In this document: positions 33,681 through 42,410 of the stretch, piece by piece
Layout of the letters: the number at the start of each line of letters is the position of its first letter
Numbering within the stretch: the stretch's first letter is position 1
Assembly: GCA_029240055.1 (NCBI GenBank)
Contig: JARBTT010000003.1
Span: 1 to 53,801 of the forward strand
Length of the DNA: 53,801 nt
Direction of reading: 5' to 3'
Source: Massilibacillus sp.
GTDB taxonomy: Bacteria > Bacillota > Negativicutes > JARBTT01
Program-made: the position numbers and the translations under genes
The notes under the pieces: generated by a model
What the model was told of the DNA's origin: nothing
Database searches by the model: none
What the model saw: only the letters and a program-made list of their open reading frames with translations

Positions 33681-34073
33681 ATGGCATTAGTCACTTACTA
33701 CGGCACAGGCCGCAGAAAAACTTCAGTTGCCAGAGTTCGTCTGGTTCCAGGTGAAGGCAACGTAATCATCAATGATCGTGAGTTAAAAGCTTATTTTGGT
33801 TTAAAAACTCTTGAATTGATCATTAAACAACCTTTAAACTTGACTGAGACTCTTGGTAAATACGATGTAATCGCAAAAGTAGAGGGCGGCGGTCCATCAG
33901 GACAAGCTGGCGCTATTCGTCACGGTATTACACGTGCACTTCTTAAAGTGGACGCTGAATTCCGTCCTGCTCTTAAAAAAGCTGGTTTCATCACACGTGA
34001 TCCACGTGAAAAAGAACGTCGTAAATACGGCTTGAAAAAAGCTCGTAAAGCATCCCAGTTCTCGAAACGTTAG
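33681..34073 (+). CDS. rpsI: 30S ribosomal protein S9
   Basis: [31 protein letters not shown]. Confidence 0.99.
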   Translation: MALVTYYGTGRRKTSVARVRLVPGEGNVIINDRELKAYFGLKTLELIIKQPLNLTETLGKYDVIAKVEGGGPSGQAGAIRHGITRALLKVDAEFRPALKKAGFITRDPREKERRKYGLKKARKASQFSKR

Positions 34074-34086
34074 TAGTAACGAAATT

Positions 34087-34126
34087 AAAACCCTTGAAAG
34101 CATTGAGTTTTCAAGGGTTTTCTTTT
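34087..34126 (+). terminator. Terminator after rpsI
   Basis: 13-bp stem aaaacccttgaaa / tttcaagggtttt followed by ctttt. Confidence 0.8.
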
Positions 34127-34251
34127 GTATAAGTTTTAAAAAGCTAGTGGAAAATCAACGAAATAGACAAATTGTATTGAATTTATAATTTCAATAAGTG
34201 GCTGGAGTATCTTGACGGTGCATATTTTTTATTGAAATAGCTTAAACTCAA

Positions 34252-34278
34252 AAAGGATTTATGCGTAAAATAGAGAAT
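34252..34278 (+). promoter_or_regulatory. SigH-like promoter
   Basis: AAAGGATTT-N11-AGAGAAT matches the RnAGGAwWW-N11/12-RnnGAAT consensus. Confidence 0.6.
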
Positions 34279-34323
34279 TTTAATATAATGGATTAATTTA
34301 TATAAAGAGGAGAGTATTTACCG

Positions 34324-34872
34324 ATGAAAAAAATTTCACAATTATTTATTATTGTATGTTTCGTATTGCTTAATGTACAATTGGTCTCAGCTGCGGCACA
34401 AGCATGGACTGACACCAGCTATGATTTCTCAAAAGCACATAAACTTTTAATCGTTAAACCTAATTATACTTTTACAGAAGGTCAAGTTACTTCTGAGGAA
34501 TTAACAGATATGATGTATCTAGAGGCACAAAGCTTAAATATGTATGCTTTGAATACTGCAGACATTGATAAAAATATTTTACGTGATTCTGCGATTGATC
34601 TTCCGAAATTAAGAGTAGAAGATGCCCAAAAGGCTGAAAGTATTTTTAACAGCCAAATGGAAAAATATACAGATCTTTATATGGTGGCAACCATCGTACA
34701 TAATACACGAGTTATGGTATTCTATGATGTATATTCAGCAGCAACAAAACAGCCTGTCTTTACGTATCAAATTGTTGCTTCTTCTACATCCGATGATAAT
34801 ATGGTAAATTATAGACATTTGACTAAAGTTTTTTATAAAGAATTTAGTAAAGCGATGAAAGCTAAAAAATAA
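34324..34872 (+). CDS. Hypothetical exported/periplasmic protein
   Basis: 182 aa; SD AGAGGAG; Sec-type signal peptide MKKISQLFIIVCFVLLNVQLVSA-AA; has its own terminator. Confidence 0.8.
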   Translation: MKKISQLFIIVCFVLLNVQLVSAAAQAWTDTSYDFSKAHKLLIVKPNYTFTEGQVTSEELTDMMYLEAQSLNMYALNTADIDKNILRDSAIDLPKLRVEDAQKAESIFNSQMEKYTDLYMVATIVHNTRVMVFYDVYSAATKQPVFTYQIVASSTSDDNMVNYRHLTKVFYKEFSKAMKAKK

Positions 34873-34878
34873 AAATTC

Positions 34879-34922
34879 ATAGTTAAAAAGCCAGCGATTT
34901 TAATCGCTGGCTTTTTAACTAT
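34879..34922. terminator. Bidirectional terminator
   Basis: Perfect 21-bp arms atagttaaaaagccagcgatt / aatcgctggctttttaactat between convergent genes. Confidence 0.9.
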
Positions 34923-34981
34923 AGACAAACTATGGACAGACAGGTCGCGGGTCGGCGATAAGCACTCATCTTCGTACTAAT

Positions 34982-36451
34982 TTATACAATACCAATCCAT
35001 TTCCAGTATGTTGCTGCAAGGAGCAGGATCAATAGATACGCTATAATTGTGAGAGGAATTCCTGTTTTGATAAAGTCCTTTGCTTCGAATGTTTCGGTTC
35101 CAAAAGCAACCATGTTTTGTGGTGCATTTACTGGTAGTATGAAGCCAAAGCAGATAACATATTGTAAGATCATCGTCATACCAACAACGTTAATAAGTGG
35201 GTTTTTGAGGTTTTGTAAGATTGAGATCACAATTGGGATCATTGCAGCCGACAAAGCGGTAGCACTGGCAAAACCGAGATGAATGATGATGAGGAAAGCA
35301 GCTAAGATTGCAAGAATACCAAAGGTGGTCATATCGGCAAAACCGAAGTAGCTTACCATACAAGTTGCAATCCAAGAAGCTGCTTTTGTCGATAATATAG
35401 CAGAACCTAGACTGATACCAACACCAAATAGTAACAATGTTCCCCAGCCAATACGCTCTTGGGCTTCTTTCCAATTCATAATGCCGATTTTTGGTAACAA
35501 CATAAGTGTTACGGCAACAATGGTTGTGGAAGATGTATCAAAATTATGTAAGATGCTTTCTGTTGACCAAAAGCCTAATAAAATTAACGACATAATCATC
35601 AATTTCTTTTCATCGGCTTTCATTGGCCCTAAGTTTTTTAATTCTCTGGCAATCGTTTCTTGTCCGCCAGCAACTTCATCCATTTCAGGAGGCATTAATT
35701 TCAGTAAAACAAAATATAAGGCGATGGACATTAATAATGAAAATGGTGCGGCAATAATAAACCAATCCATCCAGCTCACATATTGTCCGAGTTGCTTTTC
35801 AATGAAATTTAACGCAATCATATTTTGCGCCGCTGCTGTTTTAATCCCTACATTCCAGATACTATCAGCTTGCGCTACAGCGATCATCATAACTCCAGCA
35901 AATTTACTCTTTTTACTAACACCAAAGGTCGTGATAATCCCAAGTACGATTGGAACCATACAGGAAACACGAGCCGTCGTGCTAGGCACAAAGAAACTAA
36001 GAAGGAACCCAACGAAAATAACTCCAGCTAATACACGATTGGTTTTGGCACCAATTTTAGCTAAAACTGCGAGAGCAATACGTTTGTCGAGCCCCGTTTT
36101 CATCATTGCTGCCGCTAAAAATAAGGCAGCACCAACCAAGGCAAGGGAAGTATTGCTAAAACCAGATAAAGCCAAAGCTAGACCTTTGCTCGTACCTAGC
36201 TTCGTAAGCGGGTTAGCGACATCTGGTGCAGTACCAAGTAAAAATGCCATGAGCGCCATGATGACAGCCGCGCTAACTGGATACGATATACACTCCGTCA
36301 TCCAAATAATAACCGAGAACACCAAAATGGCTAACATGCGGTGACCTGCTATCGTTAATCCTTCTGGTGTTGGGATGAGCATAATGGAAAATAAAACAAA
36401 AAGACCAATAAATAAACCATACGTTTTCATGATAGAATTTAAGTTCATCAT
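34982..36451 (-). CDS. DASS-family (divalent anion:Na+ symporter) transporter
   Basis: Polytopic membrane protein; TGLDKRIAL, VPSTTAR, FASATA, LPVNAPQN; start ATG 36451 after AGGTG. Confidence 0.9.
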   Translation of the reverse strand: MMNLNSIMKTYGLFIGLFVLFSIMLIPTPEGLTIAGHRMLAILVFSVIIWMTECISYPVSAAVIMALMAFLLGTAPDVANPLTKLGTSKGLALALSGFSNTSLALVGAALFLAAAMMKTGLDKRIALAVLAKIGAKTNRVLAGVIFVGFLLSFFVPSTTARVSCMVPIVLGIITTFGVSKKSKFAGVMMIAVAQADSIWNVGIKTAAAQNMIALNFIEKQLGQYVSWMDWFIIAAPFSLLMSIALYFVLLKLMPPEMDEVAGGQETIARELKNLGPMKADEKKLMIMSLILLGFWSTESILHNFDTSSTTIVAVTLMLLPKIGIMNWKEAQERIGWGTLLLFGVGISLGSAILSTKAASWIATCMVSYFGFADMTTFGILAILAAFLIIIHLGFASATALSAAMIPIVISILQNLKNPLINVVGMTMILQYVICFGFILPVNAPQNMVAFGTETFEAKDFIKTGIPLTIIAYLLILLLAATYWKWIGIV

Positions 36452-36699
36452 AACACCTGCTTCCTTTAAAATTATAAATACCTTATGTATATGAAATTTG
36501 TTATACAAGGTATGCTATATATTATATAGCAATAATTTAATATGTCTACCCTGAAAATGAGTATTTTGATTATAAATATGCAAATTATACATTAAATATA
36601 GTGAATATAAAGGCTAGTAGTTAAATTTATAAGATTAATGGAAGATATCGTTAACGATAAAAATTCATAATTGTTAAATGTAATCAGTTTCATTATAGA

Positions 36700-36727
36700 G
36701 AAGGAGTTTAGATAGGGTGATTAGAAT
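36700..36727 (+). promoter_or_regulatory. SigH-like promoter of the Nif11-like gene
   Basis: GAAGGAGTT-N12-TTAGAAT (AGGA-N18-GAAT). Confidence 0.45.
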
Positions 36728-36793
36728 ATACCAATCATCTATAGTGAAATGATAACTAAACAATAAAGGATAGAAAATAAATAAATTGGAGCG

Positions 36794-37066
36794 ATGAAGA
36801 TAATGAATAATGTAGTGAAAAATTTTTATGAACAAGTTGACAAAGATGATGTTTTGGCGGATCGATTAGATCAATTAAATATGGGCGAATTTAATATTGA
36901 AAAAATTCTTTGCTCAACAATAGAACTAGCTAAGGAATATGGCTATGCGTTCAATTTAGAGGAATTAAAAGAATATCTTGTACATGTTGATGATGAAGAA
37001 GAAGTCAGTTCATTAGAAGCGACTCTCGTTCAGCAGGGATTTGCCTGGGGCGGAGGAAAAAAATAA
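36794..37066 (+). CDS. Nif11-like leader-peptide family protein (RiPP-precursor-like)
   Basis: 90 aa, acidic. VKNFYEQVDKDDVLADRL...IELAKEYGYAFNLEEL...DEEEVS matches the Nif11 pattern F-x-E-x-V-x-x-D-x-x-L / (I/L)AKE-x-G-(F/Y)-x-F-x-x-EEL. Ends in FAWGGGKK. Confidence 0.75.
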   Translation: MKIMNNVVKNFYEQVDKDDVLADRLDQLNMGEFNIEKILCSTIELAKEYGYAFNLEELKEYLVHVDDEEEVSSLEATLVQQGFAWGGGKK

Positions 37067-37154
37067 AATAGATAGTACGCTAGCGTCTATTTTGCGGGTT
37101 CGTTCATAGACTAATCAATATAGGTAGTAAATATCCTCAAGCAAAATAGGCGAG

Positions 37155-38414
37155 GTGAAGACGATTGGGATAACAAATGATCCTGCGTTAAGGAGTGCCA
37201 TCTTTTGGCAGCAGCAATTAGATGATGGGGATAAGGTTATCTTGCAAAGTCAAGAAATCAAACAATTCAACCAACAGATCGTAAAAGAATCAGCAGTAAT
37301 GCAGGATCTGAAAAAATATCCAATGACGCAAGAAGCAGCGATGATTACCCAATTATTAAATAGCAATGGTACTATTTTAGCAGAGAATTTCTATCATCAG
37401 GGGCTGCTAGTTACGGATGAATTTAAAAAAAGTTTACTGGATAAGTGCAATTTTAATGTCTTGCATGGTATACAAAAGCTGAAGTATGGGGTTACGGTTA
37501 GGCGGGCTAACCTACGGATATTACCAACAAACGATGCTTTATATTCTTCGGCGGAGGATACGGAATTTGATAATCTGCAAGAAACCGCTATTGATCCAGC
37601 TGAGCCAGTTATCCTATTGCATCAAAGCTTGGACAACGATTTTTATTTTATTCAAACCTACAATGCGTATGGTTGGGTGGCTGCAAAAGATATCGCAATA
37701 ATAAAAGAACGGATTACTTGGTTACGATATATTAAACCAGAATGGTTTTTTGTGGTTATAGATAAAAATTTTCGCTTCACGATCCAAAGTGAGGAAGTAC
37801 TTTATCAGATGGGAAGTAAAATCTTGATTAAGTGCATCGCCAATGATCAAGTTAAAGTGGTTGTACCAACACGTAAGGCAAATGGCGACTTAGAAGAAGT
37901 CGTAGTAGCTATCCCTGCGTCAGAATCACTTCATAAAGGCTATTTGTTATATACGCGAAATCATTTAATTGCGCAGTGTTTTCGCTTTTTAGATGAACCT
38001 TATGGGTGGGGTGGCCTACATAATAGCGTGGATTGCTCTAGTCTAGTCAATGCGGTTTATCGCAGTGTCGGGATCGATTTACCGCGTAATTCTGGTCAAC
38101 AGGAGAGGGCGGCAGGCATTCACTATACGATGCATGCTTTGACAAGAAAAGAACGGTATCAGTGTATCTCAGAGTTACAACCGGGGGATACACTGCATAT
38201 GAATGGTCATGTGATGATTTATTTAGGTGAAGTAAATCATACGCCTTATGTACTACATTCCTTGGGAAGTTATACCGAGCATTTTGCTGATGGCTCCCAT
38301 GAAAAAGTACCAGTCATGCAAGTGGTTGTGAGTGATTTAATATTAAAACGTTATAATGGGATGACGTTTATTGATGACTTAACGACGGCTGTTTCATTTC
38401 GTTCACGGACATAA
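37155..38414 (+). CDS. SH3-domain NlpC/P60 cell-wall endopeptidase (gamma-D-Glu-diamino acid type)
   Basis: Catalytic PYGWGG...DCSSLV, LPRNS, GHVMIYLG; SH3b-like YGVTVRRANLRILPT, FDNLQET, YGWV; no signal peptide. Confidence 0.88.
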   Translation: MKTIGITNDPALRSAIFWQQQLDDGDKVILQSQEIKQFNQQIVKESAVMQDLKKYPMTQEAAMITQLLNSNGTILAENFYHQGLLVTDEFKKSLLDKCNFNVLHGIQKLKYGVTVRRANLRILPTNDALYSSAEDTEFDNLQETAIDPAEPVILLHQSLDNDFYFIQTYNAYGWVAAKDIAIIKERITWLRYIKPEWFFVVIDKNFRFTIQSEEVLYQMGSKILIKCIANDQVKVVVPTRKANGDLEEVVVAIPASESLHKGYLLYTRNHLIAQCFRFLDEPYGWGGLHNSVDCSSLVNAVYRSVGIDLPRNSGQQERAAGIHYTMHALTRKERYQCISELQPGDTLHMNGHVMIYLGEVNHTPYVLHSLGSYTEHFADGSHEKVPVMQVVVSDLILKRYNGMTFIDDLTTAVSFRSRT

Positions 38415-38427
38415 AACTAAAAACGAT

Positions 38428-38474
38428 AAAAAAATCACTAGAAAATGAAAAGTTCATCTTCTAGTGATTTTTTA
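38428..38474. terminator. Bidirectional terminator
   Basis: aaaaaatcactagaa-atgaa / ttcat-ttctagtgatttttt between convergent genes. Confidence 0.85.
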
Positions 38475-39266
38475 TTTAACGAGCCAGACTGGCGTTGTTT
38501 TTGTTTCTTCAGCAAGCGATGGATTGATATAGCCATTTTTGACCATAGTACTAAGGACGATAGCTTGTCTAGTTTTTGCAGCTTTAAAATCTACGTAGGG
38601 AGAATAAAGGGAAGGTGCATTTGGCAATCCGGCGAGCATAGAAGCTTCGGCAAGAGAAAGTTCACTTGGGAGTTTTCCAAAATAGCCCGCAGCAGCGTCG
38701 CTAATGCCGTAATAACCAGAACCAAAATAAATGGTATTGAGATAAAGCTCTAATATTTGTTCTTTGGAATAGTTTGCTTCCATGTCGATGGCTAAGATGA
38801 CTTCTTCCGCTTTACGAGTCATCGAGCGTTCTTGTGATAAAAATAAATTTTTAACAAGTTGCTGGGTAATCGTGCTAGCCCCTTCTTCGATATGACCGTA
38901 TTGTAAATTTACTAAACTTGCTCTTAAAATACCTGAAACATCAAAGCCGCTATGTTCATAGAAGCGTGAATCTTCAACAGCAATGATTGATTGTTGGAGA
39001 TTGGTGCTTATGTTAGATAACTTCGTATAGTTTTTTGTATGTAGTTTATTATTTACTGCAGATTTTAAAGCAATGATGCGATAAATTCTATCAAACGCTG
39101 AGCTCCCTTCTATTTGATTGGGAATTTGCTCGGTAAGATTAACTTTATCTTTCAATGTCTCGCTGATTTTAGCCGTTGCATTATCGGCAACCGTATTACC
39201 ACCAGCCCACCAAAAGCAGACAAAAAACAAGACGAGTGTGAAAAAGAAAAAACGTGATATACTCAT
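38472..39266 (-). CDS. Monofunctional peptidoglycan transglycosylase (GT51)
   Basis: AVEDSRFYEHSG, GASTITQQLVKN, RKAEE, KEQILELYLN; N-terminal membrane anchor; no transpeptidase domain. Confidence 0.92.
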   Translation of the reverse strand: MSISRFFFFTLVLFFVCFWWAGGNTVADNATAKISETLKDKVNLTEQIPNQIEGSSAFDRIYRIIALKSAVNNKLHTKNYTKLSNISTNLQQSIIAVEDSRFYEHSGFDVSGILRASLVNLQYGHIEEGASTITQQLVKNLFLSQERSMTRKAEEVILAIDMEANYSKEQILELYLNTIYFGSGYYGISDAAAGYFGKLPSELSLAEASMLAGLPNAPSLYSPYVDFKAAKTRQAIVLSTMVKNGYINPSLAEETKTTPVWLVK

Positions 39267-39430
39267 GGAATCCTCCGATTATTACAGTATTGGAGTGTGT
39301 TTCAAAAAGCACACAGCCTTAAATTTCAAGAGAATGTTAAAAAATGCTCAAATGCTAGTAACAGTCTCGATTAAAACAAGAAGTTCTCTTTATTATATAG
39401 TCTATCCGAGAAAATGCAAAGTAAAACAAC

Positions 39431-39457
39431 ATAGTTATTTTACTGTGGGCATAAGAT
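39431..39457 (+). promoter_or_regulatory. SigE-like sporulation promoter
   Basis: ATA-N16-CATAAGAT upstream of the cwlD-like gene. Confidence 0.45.
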
Positions 39458-39491
39458 AGAGGGAATCTTTTTTTAGATAAGGAGAGAGAGT

Positions 39492-40205
39492 ATGCATACT
39501 TATTTTCTTTCACAACTCATGATAAAACGAGTGATACTCTTTAGTCTAGCAATATTGGTGATCAATATGTTAACATTTCGATATTTGGTGAATGCCGACA
39601 TAGAGAGTGTTGATCTCACCGTATTAAATGGGCATACCATCATTATTGATCCGGGGCATGGGGGTATTGATAGCGGGGCGCGGTACAATAACTTATTGGA
39701 GAAAGATATTAATCTTGCGTTTAGTAAAAAGCTTGGTCAATGCTTGAGTGCTTACGGCGCCACGGTGCTATATACCAGGGAAGATGATTCTGATTATTAT
39801 ATCAAAGGTAAAGGCGGCAAACGCAGTGACTTATTAAAGCGTGTAGAGCTCATTGATCAGTCGAATGCAGAAGTTTTTGTTAGTATTCATTGTAATGCGG
39901 TTAGAGAGTCACAGTGGTATGGTTCACAAGTGTTTTATAATCCCAAAAATCAGGCAAATAAGTTTATTGCGGAGATCATGCAAGACCTTCTAAAAAAATT
40001 CCCGCCGAATAATAAAAGGCAAGCAAAGCAAGATTTGCAAATCTTGCTATTGAATTCACCAGAAAAACCTGGTGTACTTGTCGAGACTGGTTACTTAAGT
40101 AATAAAAATGAAGCTAGATTACTTTCAGACTCAGAATATCAGGAACGGATGGCAATGCAAATTAGCAAGGGTTTGGCTTATTATTTTAAAGATATTAAAT
40201 CATGA
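39492..40205 (+). CDS. cwlD: N-acetylmuramoyl-L-alanine amidase, CwlD-like
   Basis: Amidase_3 motifs IDPGHGG, EKDINL, SIHCN, LVETGYLSN; KRSDLLKR and WYGSQVFY; 237 aa; downstream of rpsI as in spore-formers. Confidence 0.7.
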   Translation: MHTYFLSQLMIKRVILFSLAILVINMLTFRYLVNADIESVDLTVLNGHTIIIDPGHGGIDSGARYNNLLEKDINLAFSKKLGQCLSAYGATVLYTREDDSDYYIKGKGGKRSDLLKRVELIDQSNAEVFVSIHCNAVRESQWYGSQVFYNPKNQANKFIAEIMQDLLKKFPPNNKRQAKQDLQILLLNSPEKPGVLVETGYLSNKNEARLLSDSEYQERMAMQISKGLAYYFKDIKS

Positions 40206-40412
40206 TATTTTGCATAATTTATAAAATATAGAGCTATTTTAGTCCATAGAATTGCGGATATTATTTTCAGTTGATGAAAACTGCAAATTGCTTATCAAGA
40301 GCTATTTTGTTGCTTAACAGCTATGTAAGATAGAATATAAGTCTATTTGCATAGTTTTTTTATTTTGTGATTCATTATCAATAATGTGCTATTAATTAAT
40401 AAAAAATATTTA

Positions 40413-40441
40413 TTGACACTATGTATATGTTGTACTATAAT
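40413..40441 (+). promoter_or_regulatory. Consensus SigA promoter
   Basis: TTGACA-N17-TATAAT. Confidence 0.9.
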
Positions 40442-40444
40442 CGT

Positions 40445-40479
40445 TAATTGATAATGAAATCAATTATCATTATCAATTA
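40445..40479. promoter_or_regulatory. Fur box array
   Basis: GATAATGAAATCAATTATC (15/19 match to the Fur consensus) and an overlapping 14/19 box offset by 6 bp; perfect 13-bp arms taattgataatga / tcattatcaatta over the transcription start. Confidence 0.85.
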
Positions 40480-40492
40480 TAGTGAGGTATAA

Positions 40493-41599
40493 TTGATAGA
40501 AAGTAGGGTGCAACGATATATGATGCAATCAAGTACAATGGGGATACCAAAAGAAGTGTTGAAAAAAGAACGCCGATTTTGGGTGATTGGAGGATGTTTG
40601 ACGGTAGGTCTCGCTGCTTCAATATTATTGGCAGTTTGCTTGGGGTCAGTGAAGATTGAAGTAGCCGCCGTTTATCAAATTATTTTGCATAAAATAATTG
40701 GTTTGCCGCTGGATGGAATCTCGATGGCACATGCAGATATTATTTGGCAACTACGGATGCCAAGAATTTTGATGGCCGCGGTTGTGGGTGCTGGACTTGC
40801 AATGTGTGGGACTGTAATGCAGGCTTCGGTGCAAAACCCTTTAGCTGAACCATATATTCTCGGGATTGCTTCAGGAGCATCACTTGGGGCAATCTTTGCT
40901 ATTATGCTGGGGGGTTCCAAGGTATTGTTAGGCTTTGGAATAACTGTATGGGCTTTTGCTGGAGCAATTTTGGCAACGATTGCGGTCATGTTTTTGGCAG
41001 GCATGGGCGGACAGATGTCAACGATGAAAATGGTACTGGCTGGAGCTGTAATCAGTGCACTGTTTGGGGCTGCAGCCAATTTCTTGATTTATATTGCCAA
41101 TAATGCTGAGGGAATGCGTAGTGTGGCATTTTGGACAATGGGGTCGCTGGCAGGCGCAAAATGGGATACGTTGTTACTTCCATCGATTGGTGTTAGCATA
41201 GCGGCGATTTTTTTCCTTTTGCGGTCCCGCAGGCTTAATGTCCTTTTATTGGGAGAAGAAGCAGCGATTACTTTAGGCATCAATATTGTAAGAGAGCGTC
41301 GGATTTATATGATAATAACGGCACTACTGACGGGCATGATTGTCGCAAGTTGTGGAATTTTCGGCTTCGTTGGACTCGTTATACCACATGCGGTTCGTTC
41401 AATCGTAGGTGCGGATCATCGGCGGCTTATGCCGGGAGTATTATTGGTTGGAGCGATTTTTTTAATTTGGGCGGATGTTCTATCACGAATATTGCTAAGA
41501 AGTGGAGATTTGCCAATCGGTATTATTACGGCATTGATTGGTGCACCATTTTTTATGTGGCTTTTATTTAGGCGCTCATTTAATTTTGGTGGGAACTAG
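40493..41599 (+). CDS. FecCD/BtuC-family ABC permease
   Basis: LRMPR, QNPLAEPYILGIASGA, LGEEAA, GFVGLVIPH, GAPFF. Confidence 0.93.
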   Translation: MIESRVQRYMMQSSTMGIPKEVLKKERRFWVIGGCLTVGLAASILLAVCLGSVKIEVAAVYQIILHKIIGLPLDGISMAHADIIWQLRMPRILMAAVVGAGLAMCGTVMQASVQNPLAEPYILGIASGASLGAIFAIMLGGSKVLLGFGITVWAFAGAILATIAVMFLAGMGGQMSTMKMVLAGAVISALFGAAANFLIYIANNAEGMRSVAFWTMGSLAGAKWDTLLLPSIGVSIAAIFFLLRSRRLNVLLLGEEAAITLGINIVRERRIYMIITALLTGMIVASCGIFGFVGLVIPHAVRSIVGADHRRLMPGVLLVGAIFLIWADVLSRILLRSGDLPIGIITALIGAPFFMWLLFRRSFNFGGN

Positions 41600-41609
41600 A
41601 GGTGAAACT

Positions 41610-42410
41610 ATGGATTTGACGTTACAGAATATAGAAGTAACTGTTGAAAAGAAAAAAATAATAAAGAGTATATCGTTATCTGTTGGCAAAGGTGATTTTG
41701 TAGGAATTATCGGTCCCAATGGTGGCGGCAAATCAACTTTACTAAAAGCCGTATATCGTGTACTAAAGCCAAGCAATGGAACAATTATGTTTGGTGGAGA
41801 AAATATGCAAAATATTTCGCTACATACTTCTGCAAAGCAGATGGGGGTTGTCGGACAGTTTAATACTGTAAATTTTGATTTTACTGTAATGGAAATGGTA
41901 CTTATGGGGCGTATGCCACATAAAAAGGTTTTTAATGCTGATACACAGGAAGATTATAAGATTGCGCTGCAAGCTTTAATACAAGTTGGTATGCAAGAAG
42001 CGGTCAATCGTCAATTTGTGACTCTTTCCGGTGGAGAAAAGCAAAGAATAATTTTAGCACGGGCGTTAGCGCAGCAACCACAATTTTTGGTACTAGATGA
42101 ACCAACCAATCATCTCGATATCAAATATCAATTACAGCTCTTATCAATTGTAAAATCCTTGGGAATTGGTGCGCTTGCAGCTTTACATGATTTGAATTTG
42201 GCAGCAATGTATTGCACGAAGCTATACGTGCTGAAGAATGGTTGCCTTATCGCTTCCGGAACACCACGAGAAGTACTTACTAAAGAAAGAATTCGTGATA
42301 TCTATGAGATTGACTGTGACGTGAATTTGGATGAGCAAACTGGCGCTCTTTCCATTGTGTATCATCCACTTTTGCCATTACATGGTATGAGGTGTAAAGA
42401 TGCAGGCTAA
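41610..42410 (+). CDS. Iron-chelate ABC transporter ATPase
   Basis: GPNGGGKST, LSGGEKQR, LDEPTNHLD, LHDLNLA; ATG 41610 after GAGGTG. Confidence 0.93.
   Translation: MDLTLQNIEVTVEKKKIIKSISLSVGKGDFVGIIGPNGGGKSTLLKAVYRVLKPSNGTIMFGGENMQNISLHTSAKQMGVVGQFNTVNFDFTVMEMVLMGRMPHKKVFNADTQEDYKIALQALIQVGMQEAVNRQFVTLSGGEKQRIILARALAQQPQFLVLDEPTNHLDIKYQLQLLSIVKSLGIGALAALHDLNLAAMYCTKLYVLKNGCLIASGTPREVLTKERIRDIYEIDCDVNLDEQTGALSIVYHPLLPLHGMRCKDAG

Noticed and set aside
34923-34980. GC-rich 58-nt patch after the DASS stop
   Set aside because: No convincing stem, repeat or SD-led ORF; too short to interpret.
35481-36344. 287-aa ORF on the + strand
   Set aside because: Antisense shadow of the hydrophobic DASS gene, with no SD or recognisable motif.
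38445-38753. 102-aa + strand ORF, and the similar 39118-39459 ORF
   Set aside because: Antisense to the transglycosylase gene; one starts inside a terminator.
40206-40412. Cobalamin riboswitch before the ABC/TonB operon
   Set aside because: The region is AT-rich with no B12 box, and Fur boxes explain the regulation.
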